Assembly (NCBI GenBank): GCA_963785725.1
Contig: CAWAWS010000015.1
Coordinates: 128,001-192,000 of the forward strand
Source: an uncultured delta proteobacterium
GTDB taxonomy: Bacteria > Myxococcota_A > Polyangia > Palsa-1104
DNA length: 64,000 nucleotides
Direction of reading: 5' to 3'
A program made the translations under genes and the position numbers. The notes beneath the pieces were generated by a model. The model worked only from the letters and a program-made list of their open reading frames with translations, was not told the DNA's origin and searched no databases. Below are positions 31,212-42,809 of the stretch, in pieces (within the stretch, counting starts at the first letter, position 1; the number at the start of each line of letters is the position of its first letter).

Positions 31212-32540
31212 TCAACGGACGTAGACCTTGGGCTCGACGGACATGCCCGGACGCAGCTGATCGATGCCCACCTGATTGGGATTGAGGCGCAGCCGCATCG
31301 GAATGCGCTGCACGACCTTGACGTAGTTGCCGGTCGCGTTCTCCGGCGGCAGGATGCTGAAGCGCGAGCCCGACGCGGCGCCGAAGCTGTCGACCCAGCC
31401 GTCGAAGTTGCGCCCGAGCGCGTCGACGTGCACGCGCACGTGCTGCCCGACCGCGATCTCGTGCAGCTGCGTCTCCTTGAAGCTCGCCGTCACGTACAGC
31501 TCGCGGGTATCGACCAGCGCCAGCAGCTCCTGCCCGGGCGTGACGTGATTGCCGGGCTCGACGTTGCGTCGCCCGACGAGCCCGTCATAGGGCGCGACGA
31601 TGCGCGTGTAGCCGAGGTTGAGCCTGGCCTGCTCCAGCGCCGACTTGGCCGCGCGCACCGCCGCCTGGCGCGCCGCGATGTTGGCGCGCTGCTCGGACAG
31701 CTGGCGCGGCGCGTTCTGCGACGCCTCCTGCGAACGGCTCTCGGCCTGCGCCACGCGCGCCTGCGCCTGCTCGACCGCCTTGGCCGCCGACTTGGCGCGC
31801 GCCCGCGCGCTATCGACGCCCGCCGTCGCCGACTTCGCCGTCTCGACGATGGCGTCGTAGCGCTCGCGCGGCACCGCCTGTTGTCCGAGCAGGTACTTGT
31901 AGCGCGCCAGATCGGCGTCGGCCTTCTGCTGCGCCGCCAACGACTCGCGCACCGCCGCCAGCGCCGCGTCGTGATCGCGCGCCGCCGCCGACAGCGCCGC
32001 CTCCGCGTTCGTGACGTCCTCTGCCGACGACGAGACGCGCGTCTCGTTCGACTGCTTCGTGATCGGCACCTCCGGGTTCGCGCCCGCCAGTTGTGCTTCC
32101 GCCTGCGCCAAATCGGCCTCGGCGCGATCGACGGCCACTTGATAGTCGCGCGGATCGAGCTCGATCAAGAGCTGACCCTCCTTGACGCGCATGTTGTCGT
32201 CGACGTGCACCGCGGCCACGTTGGCGGCGACCCGCGCGCTCACCGACGCGATGTGCCCGTCGATCTGCGCGTCATCGGTGTCCTCGAACGAGCGCAGCCA
32301 CAGCCACAGCAGCACGCCGCCGACGATGGCCGCGACGGCGAGCACGCCGAGCGCGACCGCCGCCCGCGGATGTCCCTGCCGCCACCGTCGCATGCGCACG
32401 CCGCGCGGCGCTCGGGGCGGCGCGGGGTCGGCGTCAGGACCGTGCTCGTCGTGGCCGTCGCCGTCGTGCGCCTCGGACGCGGGCTGTTCCGCTTTTGCCC
32501 ACGGCTCACGATGCGGCTCGGCGCCTTCGCTGTGCTCCAC
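31212..32540 (-). CDS. emrA: HlyD/EmrA membrane fusion protein
   Basis: EDTDDAQIDG, coiled coil, ASFKETQL, FSILPPENATGNYVKVVQRIP. Confidence 0.92.
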   Translation of the reverse strand: MEHSEGAEPHREPWAKAEQPASEAHDGDGHDEHGPDADPAPPRAPRGVRMRRWRQGHPRAAVALGVLAVAAIVGGVLLWLWLRSFEDTDDAQIDGHIASVSARVAANVAAVHVDDNMRVKEGQLLIELDPRDYQVAVDRAEADLAQAEAQLAGANPEVPITKQSNETRVSSSAEDVTNAEAALSAAARDHDAALAAVRESLAAQQKADADLARYKYLLGQQAVPRERYDAIVETAKSATAGVDSARARAKSAAKAVEQAQARVAQAESRSQEASQNAPRQLSEQRANIAARQAAVRAAKSALEQARLNLGYTRIVAPYDGLVGRRNVEPGNHVTPGQELLALVDTRELYVTASFKETQLHEIAVGQHVRVHVDALGRNFDGWVDSFGAASGSRFSILPPENATGNYVKVVQRIPMRLRLNPNQVGIDQLRPGMSVEPKVYVR

Positions 32541-32843
32541 CTGGTGTTGATAGGGACGGCGCTCCCGTCTGCTACCCGGCCCAGCGTATTTTCGCGGCCG
32601 ACGACTCGACCGGTCAAATGGAGAGCCGGAGCGCCGCGCCGCCCCGACTTTCCCTCAAGACGCGCGGCCGTACGGACGAGCTTCGGCTCGTCCGTGCGCG
32701 GGCCACGGGTCCATGCGCCTACGGTAGGACGGGTCGTCGACGACGCAAGCGCCGACGGCGACGCGGTCGCAATAGGTGGCCATGGGTGACGAAATCGCCA
32801 CGAGTGTGCAGGCGGCTGGTGCGCTTTTCCCGCATAGGCTAGC

Positions 32844-34623
32844 GTGCACGCCGTGAGCAAGGCCAAGCAAGAGCGGCAACGGCGTTTCGCGTTCGTCGTC
32901 GTCGTCGCGCTCGGCGGCAGCGTGGGTTGTGCCGATCGGCCCCTCGCGCTGCCGGGCAGCGGCGACAACGGCAATGGCGGCGGCAGCCAGCAGCAGCGGC
33001 GGCGGCAACGCCGGTGGCAACGGCAAAGGCGGCGGCAGCGGCAAAGGCGGCGGCGGTGGCAGCGGGGCGAACGGCGGCGGCGGCGGCAGCGGCGCATCGA
33101 CGCCGGCGCCGCGCCTGCTCGCGCCCATGTCGACGTCGACGGTCACCTCGCCGCGTCCGCATCTGCGCTGGAGCATGCAGGGCGTCGTCGGCAGCGCCAG
33201 CGTCGACGTGTGCGCCGATCGCGGCTGCACCCAGGTCATCGGCAGCGCCACCGTCGACGGCAGCGGCGCCGCCGCGCAGCCCGACGCGCCGTTGCCCGCC
33301 GGCGTCGTCTTCTGGCGCGTCCGTGCCGGGGCCACCACCAGCGCGACCTGGGAATTGTTCGTCGGTCACGGCAGCGGCGGCGCCGCCGACTCGAGCTACG
33401 GCGCGACCCTCGATCTCGACGGTGATGGCGTGCCCGACGTGGCGTTGACGCTGGCGTCGGGCGCCGTCGCCGTCTACCTCGGCGGCGCGGCGGGTCTTCA
33501 GCGGGCGCCGCTGGTGCTCGCCGATCCCGAAGCCGCCGGCGCCGCTTTCGGCTACGTGCTGGCGCCCGCGGGCGACGTCAACGGCGACGGCTACGGCGAT
33601 CTCGCCGTCGGTGAATGCGAGCGTTATCAGAGCGGCGGCGCCGTGCGCGTCTATCTCGGCGGCGCCGGCGGACCCAACCTCGCGGCGCCGGTCACGCTCG
33701 CCGCCAGCGACGGGCTCAAAGGCTTCGGCTGTCGTCTCAGCGCCGCCGGCGACACCGACGGCGACGGCTTCGGCGACGTCGCCGTCGCGCGCGTCGGCGA
33801 CGATTTTTCCGGCAGCCTCTACGTCTTTCGCGGCAGCGCCGGTGGCATGCAGACGACGACGACGCGCATCGACTCGCCCGATCAGAATCCGTCGCGCCTC
33901 GGCTACTCGCTCGCCGGCGCCGGCGACCTCGACGGCGACGGCTACGCCGATCTCGTCGCCAGCGAGATCGCGGTCAGCGACTTGACCGGCCACGTCCACG
34001 TCTACCTCGGCGGCGCGGGCGGCATCTCCAACGCCCACGTCTTGACCTTGCCGAGCGTCGATCCCGACGGCTTGCAGTTCGGCGGCACCGTCGCCACGGC
34101 CGGCGACGTCGACGGCGACGGCCATCCCGACTTCGTCGTCGGCGCGCCCGTCGTCTCGACCGCCAAGCTCGACGCCAAGGCGCACGTCTATCGCGGCGGC
34201 GCCGGCGGCGTGCCGGCGGGCCAAACGCCCATCGAGCTCGACGCCGACGGCTCGCCCGGATTTGCCACCGAAGTCGAAGGCGGCGGCGACGTCGACGGCG
34301 ATGGCCTCGCCGACGTCATCGTCGCGTCGTCGAGCAGTGTGACGCTGTTCTCGGCCGGCAAAGGCAGCGGCGTCTCCGTCGCCGCCAGCGGTCAAGGCGT
34401 CAACCCGCGCCACGTCAGCGTCGCCGGCGATCTCGACGGCGATGGCTACGCCGACATCATCGTCGCCGACAGCGCGGGCGTGGAGCAGATCCCGGGCGGC
34501 AAAAACGGCCTCGATCGCACGCGCGCAGCCACCGTCGCCGCGCCCGCCGGGCAGTCCGGCTTCGGCGGCGCGGTCGTTCGTCGCGCCCATCCGCGCCCCG
34601 TCAGAGGTCGTCCGCGCGCGTAA
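32844..34623 (+). CDS. FG-GAP (integrin-alpha-like beta-propeller) repeat lipoprotein; one frameshift near 32988
   Basis: Signal ending GSVGC in frame 32844; seven DxDGDGxxD repeats in frame 32929. Confidence 0.85.
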
Positions 34624-34740
34624 CGGACTCGACCCCCACTGCAACTCATCGTCGGCAGAAGACACACCCCGAACAAAGTCTGCACGAATGCGCTGGGTTG
34701 CCGCTTCGCGTCACGCATGTAAGAAATAGTCATACGTTGG

Positions 34741-34758
34741 TGTCTCGTGTGCGAGACG
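34741..34758. promoter_or_regulatory. Palindrome TGTCTCG-TGTG-CGAGACG (copy 2)
   Basis: Intergenic, 55 bp upstream of the FHA-EBP start. Confidence 0.55.
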
Positions 34759-34813
34759 TGGGAGGAGTATTTCCCCAGCGGCCGTAAGGCCCCGACGATG
34801 TTACGCTCGCAGA

Positions 34814-36133
<1,320 letters not shown>

Positions 36134-36163
36134 GCGCTGCCACTGAGCGCAGGGTCATATCCG

Positions 36164-37559
36164 TTGATTAAGCCCGAGGTTACGCGCGGCGCCGTCGAGC
36201 GGACGTTCGGCCGTTATCAGCTGCTGGAACCGTTGACCAAAGGCGGTATGGCCGAGGTATGGCGCGCGAAGCTCGTCGGTGCCGAGAGCTTCGAGCGGCC
36301 GATGGTCATCAAGCGCATCCTGCCGCATCTGTGCGACGACCCGGCGTTCGTGCGCATGTTCATCACCGAGGCGCGGCTCTCGGCGCGGCTGAACCATCCC
36401 AATATCGTGCAGGTGTTCGAGCTCGGCGACGTCGACGGCGAGCTGTTCATGGCGCTCGAGCTCATCAACGGCGCCGACTTGGCGACGCTGCTCAACTCGG
36501 CGCAGCAGGCGCTGCCGCTCGGATTGTGCGCGCTCGTGGCCCACGAGATTCTGTCGCGCGCTCTCGTACGCGCAGAGCGTGCCCGACGAGTTCGGCAAGC
36601 CGCTGGCCATCGTCCATCGCGACGTCAGCCCGTCGAACGTCATGATCGGCTACGACGGCCAGGTGCGCCTGCTCGACTTCGGCATCGCCAAGGCGCTCGG
36701 CGCCGCCACCGACCATCGCTCGCGCACCGGCAGCATCAAGGGCAAGCTCAGCTACATGGCGCCCGAAGTCTTCGACGGCGCGCCCTTCGACCATCGCAGC
36801 GACCTGTTTGCCGTCGGCGTGCTCTTGTACGAGATGCTGACCGGGCGGCGCCTCTTTCGCGCCGAGGACGAGCTGCAGACGATGGCGCTCGTGCGCGCTT
36901 GCCAGGTGACGCCGCCGTCGCACGTGAACCCCGACATCACGCCGGAGCTGGAAGCGGTCACGATGCGGGCGCTGGCGCGCAATCCGCGCGAGCGCTACGC
37001 GCACGCCGACGACATGATGGCCGACATCGCGCCGCTCTTGCATGACCTGCGTTGGGGCGCGCGCGAGACGATGGGGGTCTTGCAGCGACTGGTGCCGGCG
37101 ACGAGCTTGTCCGAGCCGACGGGCACGAAGTCGGCGTCGGCGTGGGTTGCGCGCGGCAGCTCCAACAGCGCGCCCACGTCGCTGACGCCGGCGGGCGGGC
37201 GGCGACCGGTGTGGCCGCTCGTCGCCATCGCCGTGTTGACGGTGGCGCTGGCGGCGTCGGTGACGCTGGCGTTCACGCGCTCGCGGACGCGCCCGCAGCC
37301 GCGCGCGATTCCGCTCGTGACGGCGCCGCTGGTCGCGCCGCCGCAGCCGGCGACGCCGCCCGTCATCGTGCAGCCGACGACGCCGCCGCCGGTCGTCGCG
37401 CCGCCGACCGCGCATGCCGTCGCCGAGCCGGCGGCGCGCGAGCCGGAAGCGCCGAGCAGCGACAGCGAGCCCAAGGCGCACGCGAGCAAGAAGAAGAGGG
37501 CGGCGAGCAAGCATCACGCTTTGGACCTCGAGCGCGGCGATGTGCTCGACAAGCTGTAG
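36164..37559 (+). CDS. Membrane Ser/Thr protein kinase; one frameshift near 36555
   Basis: [33 protein letters not shown] segment, Pro-rich tail. Confidence 0.92.
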
Positions 37560-38386
37560 CCTGCGCATGTTGCTGCTGGCGCTCGTCTGCTCGTTCGCCG
37601 CGAGCGCCAACGCTCGCCCGGAGACGCCCGCGCGCGGCAAGGCGCACCTCGAGCGCGGCCTGCAGCTCTATCGCGACGGCATGTATCAGCAGGCGATCGC
37701 CGAGTTCGAGAGCGGCTACGCGGCGCTGCCGCGGCCGGCGTTCCTGCTCAACATCGCGCAGGCGTATCGCAAGCTGAACCAGCTCGAGCGCGCGCGAAAT
37801 TACTACCAGCAGTTCGCGCTCAAGACGACGCGCAGCGATCCGGCGCGGGCCCAGGCGCTGGCCATCGCCGACAAGATCGACGCGCAGCTGCGCGCGCAAG
37901 CCGCCGAAGCCGCGCACTCGCCGCAGCCGCCGGCGCGCGAGCCCGAAGCCGCGCCGCCGGCGACGGCGACCGCGCCGTCGATTGCGACGACGGCGCCGCC
38001 GGCGACCGGCACCGTCGCGTCGCCGTTCGAAGCGCCGCCGGCCGCCGAGGCGCGCGCGCCGAATTCACGCACGCCCGGCTGGGCCGGCGTCGGCCTCATC
38101 GCCGGCGGCGTGGCCGTGCTCGGCGTCGGCTTGGGCCTCACGTTGCAGTCGCTGCAGCTGCAAGAATCGCTATCTGCATCCGACGATGGGCACCGTCTAC
38201 GATCCGAATCTCATCGAGCAGCGCGACCTCTTTCGTAACGTGGGCGTCGGCTTCTTGGCCGGCGGCGGCGCGCTCGTCGTCGTCGGCGTGGCGCTGGCGG
38301 CGCGCTATCTGCCGGCGTCGCACGTCACGCGCGCCTCGCAGGTCGTGCGCGTCGGCCTGGCGCCGCGGCTGGACGTGACCTTTTGA
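37540..38386 (+). CDS. Exported TPR protein with C-terminal hydrophobic segments; frameshift near 38165
   Basis: Signal peptide, TPR (YQQAIAEFESGY, FLLNIAQAYRKL); C-terminus in frame 37982. Confidence 0.8.
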
Positions 38387-39867
38387 GCGCGCGCGTCGCC
38401 GTCGTCTTCGTCGCGGTCGCGGTCGCGGGCTGCTTCAGCGGCCGCCCGCTTCCCGGCGCCTACAGCTGCACGAACGCGACGAGCCCGTGCCCGGTCAACT
38501 ACGTCTGCATCGCTGGATTGTGCCAACCGCCCAACGCCGACCTCGGCGGGGTCGCCGGCGGCGGCGGTGGCGGAATCGCCGGCGGCGGCGGCGGCGGCGG
38601 CACCGGCACCGCGGATGTCGGCGACAAGTGCACGCAGTCGAGCGACTGCCAGACCGCCAACTGCGACACCACGAACGGAACCTGCGAGCTGGCGCCTCTG
38701 TCGCCGGGGTGGGTGTCGATCGGTCCCATGGCCTTCGCCCGCTTGCGGCCGACGGTGCTGCTGCGCGCCGACCATTCGATCATGGCCGCCGGCGGCGGCA
38801 TCACCGCGACGAACACCGTCGACGCCAGCGTCGAGGTCTACCTGCCCGCGAGCAGCAAGTGGCAAGACATCAGCGGCAACACGGCCCCGCCCTACGCCAA
38901 CCTGTTCTACGCGAATCAGAGCGCCGCTGCCGCGGAGCTCGGCGGAACGCTCTACATCGCCGGCGGCGGCGGCCAAGAGATCACGCTGCAGAAGTACGTG
39001 CCTGCGCAGGGAATGACCGCGGCCGCGTTCGTCTCCGTCACCAACAACACCGGCGTCTTCATCGATCAGGCCGGCAGCGCCGTCATGGGCGGCAAGCTCT
39101 ACGTCTTCGGCGGCTATCAAGCGGCGAACGTCGTCGGCGCCAAAGCCGAGTACTACGATCCGACGGTCAATCCGCCGACGGGAACGTGGACGAGCTTGGG
39201 CATCCTCAACACGGCGCGACGCGCGCTCGCCGGCGTGCTCGGCCCCGACGGAACCATCTACGCGATGGGCGGTCACGGCGACGGCAGCAACGACGTCACG
39301 CTCGCCAGCATCGAGACCTACGTGCCGGCGAGCTTCTCTTGGGTCCGCGCGTCGATGCCGATGCCGCAGGCACGCGAAGATCTGGCGGCCGCGACCGGTC
39401 CCGACGGTCGCATCTACGTCATCGGCGGCCTCGCGGGCGGCAAGGCGCAGAACACGGTCATGGTGTACACGCCGTTGCCGTCGGGCGGCGGCCGTTGGAC
39501 GACCGGCATGTCGATGCCATCGCCGCGCAGTGGGCTGGGCGCGGTCACCGGCGCCGACGGGCTCATCTACGTCATCGGCGGCGCCGACGCTTCCGGCACG
39601 CCGCTCAACACCGCCGCCTACTACGGCCCCAAAGTCACCGTCGTCGGCACCAACCTGCAAGGCAGCAACTTCGCCGCGAACGCCGTCGTCAGCGTCTACG
39701 ACGCGCCGACCGCCAGCGGCACCGCGGTCGGCACTGGCACGACCGACATGAACGGCCTGTTGGGCTCGGCGATTTCGCTCAGCATGCTGACGACCGGCGT
39801 GCACACGCTGACGGTCATGGACAACCACAGCCGCTACCCCGTGCAAACGACGTATACGGCGCCCTAG
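38383..39867 (+). CDS. Kelch-repeat lipoprotein with Cys-rich N-terminal modules
   Basis: Lipobox VAGC, Cys-rich motifs, repeated IYVIGG/LYVFGG kelch signatures. Confidence 0.88.
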   Translation: MSARVAVVFVAVAVAGCFSGRPLPGAYSCTNATSPCPVNYVCIAGLCQPPNADLGGVAGGGGGGIAGGGGGGGTGTADVGDKCTQSSDCQTANCDTTNGTCELAPLSPGWVSIGPMAFARLRPTVLLRADHSIMAAGGGITATNTVDASVEVYLPASSKWQDISGNTAPPYANLFYANQSAAAAELGGTLYIAGGGGQEITLQKYVPAQGMTAAAFVSVTNNTGVFIDQAGSAVMGGKLYVFGGYQAANVVGAKAEYYDPTVNPPTGTWTSLGILNTARRALAGVLGPDGTIYAMGGHGDGSNDVTLASIETYVPASFSWVRASMPMPQAREDLAAATGPDGRIYVIGGLAGGKAQNTVMVYTPLPSGGGRWTTGMSMPSPRSGLGAVTGADGLIYVIGGADASGTPLNTAAYYGPKVTVVGTNLQGSNFAANAVVSVYDAPTASGTAVGTGTTDMNGLLGSAISLSMLTTGVHTLTVMDNHSRYPVQTTYTAP

Positions 39868-40616
39868 CCATCCTGGAACAGGTGCTTGAAGAAGCGCTCG
39901 CGATTGGCCAGGAAGTCGCGCGTGATCTGATAGTGCTCGGTCGCTTCGTAGACGATGGGCGCGATGCCGTCGCCGTCGAGCCGATAGATCGTCGCGTCGG
40001 GATAGGCCATCAAGATCGGCGAATGCGTGGCAATGATGAGCTGCGAGCCGCGCAAACGGACGAGCCGATCGATGATCTGGAGCAGCGCCAGCTGCCGGCT
40101 CGGTGACAGCGCCGCTTCCGGCTCGTCGAAGATGTAGAGCCCGTTGCCATGCAGCCGCGTCGCCGCCAGCGCCAAGAACGACTCGCCATGGCTCTGCTCG
40201 TGCAGCGACGCCGCGCCGTAAGCCGGTCCGATCGGCGCTCCGCCCGGCTCGCGGTCGAGATCCTCGATGTGCGTGGCGACGTTGAAGTAGCTCTCGGCGC
40301 GCAAGAAGTAGCCGTCGCGCTCGCGCTTGGCGTTGCGCGAGAGCCGCAAGACCGTGTGCAGGCTCGACTCCGAGCGGCGCGTGGCGAAGCGGAAGTTCTT
40401 GCTGCCGCCTTCGGCGTTGAACCCGGCAGCGACGGCGACGGCTTCGACGAGCGTCGACTTGCCGGCGCCGTTCTCGCCGACGAGGAACGTGACGCGCGGG
40501 TGCAGCGCGAGCGTCGTCAACGCGCGAATCGCCGGAATCGCGAACGGGTAGTCGTCGAACGACGGCACGCGATCGCGCAGCAGCGTCAGCGAGCGAATGA
40601 AGCCGTCGCGAGTCAT
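39864..40616 (-). CDS. ABC-like / AAA family ATPase (COG3910-like)
   Basis: GENGAGKST, SHGESF, IFDEPEAALSP, IATHSP. Confidence 0.9.
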   Translation of the reverse strand: MTRDGFIRSLTLLRDRVPSFDDYPFAIPAIRALTTLALHPRVTFLVGENGAGKSTLVEAVAVAAGFNAEGGSKNFRFATRRSESSLHTVLRLSRNAKRERDGYFLRAESYFNVATHIEDLDREPGGAPIGPAYGAASLHEQSHGESFLALAATRLHGNGLYIFDEPEAALSPSRQLALLQIIDRLVRLRGSQLIIATHSPILMAYPDATIYRLDGDGIAPIVYEATEHYQITRDFLANRERFFKHLFQDG

Positions 40617-40697
40617 CGCGGGCGAGTATTGCAGATGGAAGGAGGGTGGCGAAAGCGGGGCGGGCTTACGAGCGCCGAGCGGGCGTGGCGCTGAGAA

Positions 40698-42380
40698 TTA
40701 CGGGCAGAACGTGACTTCGAACTGCGTATCCGACGGGCAGGTGTGCAAGCCGTTGGCGTCGTCGTAAGCGTACGAGTAGGCGCTCGGGCACATCGAGTGC
40801 ACCGCGGCGACGTAGCTCGTGTGCACGACCGAGCGCGCATCGGCGGCGTTGCTGCACGCCTGCGACGTCATGCAGCCGTTGGCCACGGTGCAGTTGCCGG
40901 TCGAGGGATCGATCGGCGTCGGGCAGCACATATGCAAAGCCGGGTCGGTGCTCTCGGGCAAGCCGACGCCCCACGGCGCCGGGTAGTTGAGCTTCTTGCA
41001 CGGCGAGATGCAGCCGATGACGTTGCCGGCCGAGTCGCGCACGCGCTCATCCTCGGCGGCGTACTGCGGGAAGGCGCCGCCTTCGCTCAAGTTGTCGCTG
41101 CCGGGGCAGCCGTTGACGTTCAGGTTGCCGCAGTCGGACGCGACGCAGGCGCCCGAGTTGGCGCCGTCGCCCATCGGCTGGACCTTGAACGGCAGGGTAA
41201 AGCCGTCGACCTGGCTGATGTTGTACCAAGTCTGCGCGCTGCCACCGACGGCGGCGAAGGTGACCTCGAACTTCGAGTCGATGGGCGGCTGGCAGCCGTT
41301 GGCCGGGCAGGGCACGCCGCCACCTTGGCCGTTGTCACCGATGGAGCAGTTGTGGCCCGTCGAGTCGCAGCCGATCTTGGGCCAATAGCGCACGGCCGCG
41401 ACGCCGCCCGTGGGAATGGCGTAGTCGTGCGACTGGCCCTTGCCGAGCTCGATGTTCTGCGGATTCGGGTCGGCGCTGTCGTGGGCGATCCAGATGTTCT
41501 GGCTGCAGTTGTTGACGATGCGCAGACGCGTCGGCAAGGTGCCGGTCGAGCCGCCGCCGCTGGTGGTGCCGCCGCCGCCGCCCGACGACGTCGTGCCGCC
41601 GCCCGAGCCCGAGCTGCCGGCCGAGCCGCCCATCATGCAGGTCGCGCTCTCGTTGGCGTTGCACTGCGTGTAGATGACCTGGCTCGCCTGGTTGAAGCAG
41701 GAGCCGTCGGTGGGGCAGCAGTAGTAGCCGGTGGGGCAGTTGCACTTGGACAGCTCCCCGCCCGTGCACTGCGCGCCGCCGAGGCCGGAGCCGCCCGACG
41801 ACGTCGTGCCGCCCGACGAGCTCTTGATGGTCACGAAGAACGACTCCCAGCCGCTGATGGCGGTGCGATCGGCGGTGACGCCGGCGCCGCCGCCGTTGGC
41901 GGCCGAGACGTAATCGCCGCTGATCTCGGTCTGCAGCGCGATCTGATTGCCCGAGGCGAGCACCTGGCCGCCGGTGCCGCCGATGATGAGGACGCGGAAC
42001 GTCTCCCACGTGCTGGCGACGGTGCGATTGGCGGCGAGCGAGCTGCCGCCGCCGTTGTTGGCCGACCAATAGCTGTTGTTGAGCGTGCCGATGTAGACGA
42101 GGTCGCCGTTCTGCAGCGTGCCGCCGTTGAGATCGTAGAGCGTAAAGGTCTCCCACGTGCTGGCGACGGGGCGGTTGGCGTTGATGGCGCCGCCGCCGCC
42201 GTTCTCGGCCGTGACGAAGTCGCCGACGATCGCAGTCTTCAAGTTCACCGAGTACGAAGGCAGCGTCGAATTGGCCGACGAAACTCCAGGCGAGCCGGTC
42301 GAGGTCTCGGCGCCGCAGCCGGAGAGCAGGAGCGCGGTCGCGGACAGTGCCGACAGCGCGAAGGTTGAAAGACGAGTCAT
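40698..42380 (-). CDS. Lipoprotein with fascin-like beta-trefoil, Cys-rich module and thaumatin-like domain
   Basis: GGAGG RBS, lipobox LSGC, three AxNGGG...ANR...WETF repeats, LRIVNNC, YNISQVDGFTLP, CPSAYSYAYDD, FEVTFCP. Confidence 0.88.
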   Translation of the reverse strand: MTRLSTFALSALSATALLLSGCGAETSTGSPGVSSANSTLPSYSVNLKTAIVGDFVTAENGGGGAINANRPVASTWETFTLYDLNGGTLQNGDLVYIGTLNNSYWSANNGGGSSLAANRTVASTWETFRVLIIGGTGGQVLASGNQIALQTEISGDYVSAANGGGAGVTADRTAISGWESFFVTIKSSSGGTTSSGGSGLGGAQCTGGELSKCNCPTGYYCCPTDGSCFNQASQVIYTQCNANESATCMMGGSAGSSGSGGGTTSSGGGGGTTSGGGSTGTLPTRLRIVNNCSQNIWIAHDSADPNPQNIELGKGQSHDYAIPTGGVAAVRYWPKIGCDSTGHNCSIGDNGQGGGVPCPANGCQPPIDSKFEVTFAAVGGSAQTWYNISQVDGFTLPFKVQPMGDGANSGACVASDCGNLNVNGCPGSDNLSEGGAFPQYAAEDERVRDSAGNVIGCISPCKKLNYPAPWGVGLPESTDPALHMCCPTPIDPSTGNCTVANGCMTSQACSNAADARSVVHTSYVAAVHSMCPSAYSYAYDDANGLHTCPSDTQFEVTFCP

Positions 42381-42404
42381 CGTGGCCTCCTGTCGGTCGC
42401 TTAG

Positions 42405-42420
42405 AGCAGGATGCGGGCCG
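42405..42420 (-). promoter_or_regulatory. Putative sigma54 promoter of the thaumatin-like gene
   Basis: Minus strand CGGCCCGCATCCTGCT, GG-N10-GC. Confidence 0.45.
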
Positions 42421-42473
42421 ATATCGAAGTAGCCGTAACCACAGTCAGATCCAGCGTCGTTTGCGACTGTTTC

Positions 42474-42491
42474 TGTCTCGGCATCGATACA
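42474..42491. promoter_or_regulatory. Palindrome TGTCTCG-GCAT-CGATACA (copy 3, variant right arm)
   Basis: Intergenic, about 55 bp upstream of the sigma54-like element. Confidence 0.5.
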
Positions 42492-42809
42492 AAGTGAGGA
42501 GGTGACCCCCGCAAAACACGCGACCGCACGCACGTGACAACGCGCGCTGTCAGCACACGCCGTGGACGCGCGCGTATGACCCGCGGCGTTGACCGGCGGT
42601 GACGAAGCCGCGCGGCGCAATGGGGTGCGCGCGGCGCGATGCCGGCGCGGCGCCGATCGTTTCACGTCCTGACGTCGCGACGATCGGGCGCGCGGCTCGA
42701 GCGGAGTCGGTAGGCAGAGCGGCGTTGGCGCGAGTCGGCTACGGACCCGAAACGACGCGCCAAACGATCGGGATTCAGCGCGCGCGCGTCCGAAATCGCC
42801 GTCGAGGGG

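Noticed and set aside
39864..40616. ATPase as part of an anti-phage defence system
   Set aside because: No nuclease or other partner adjacent; common stand-alone family
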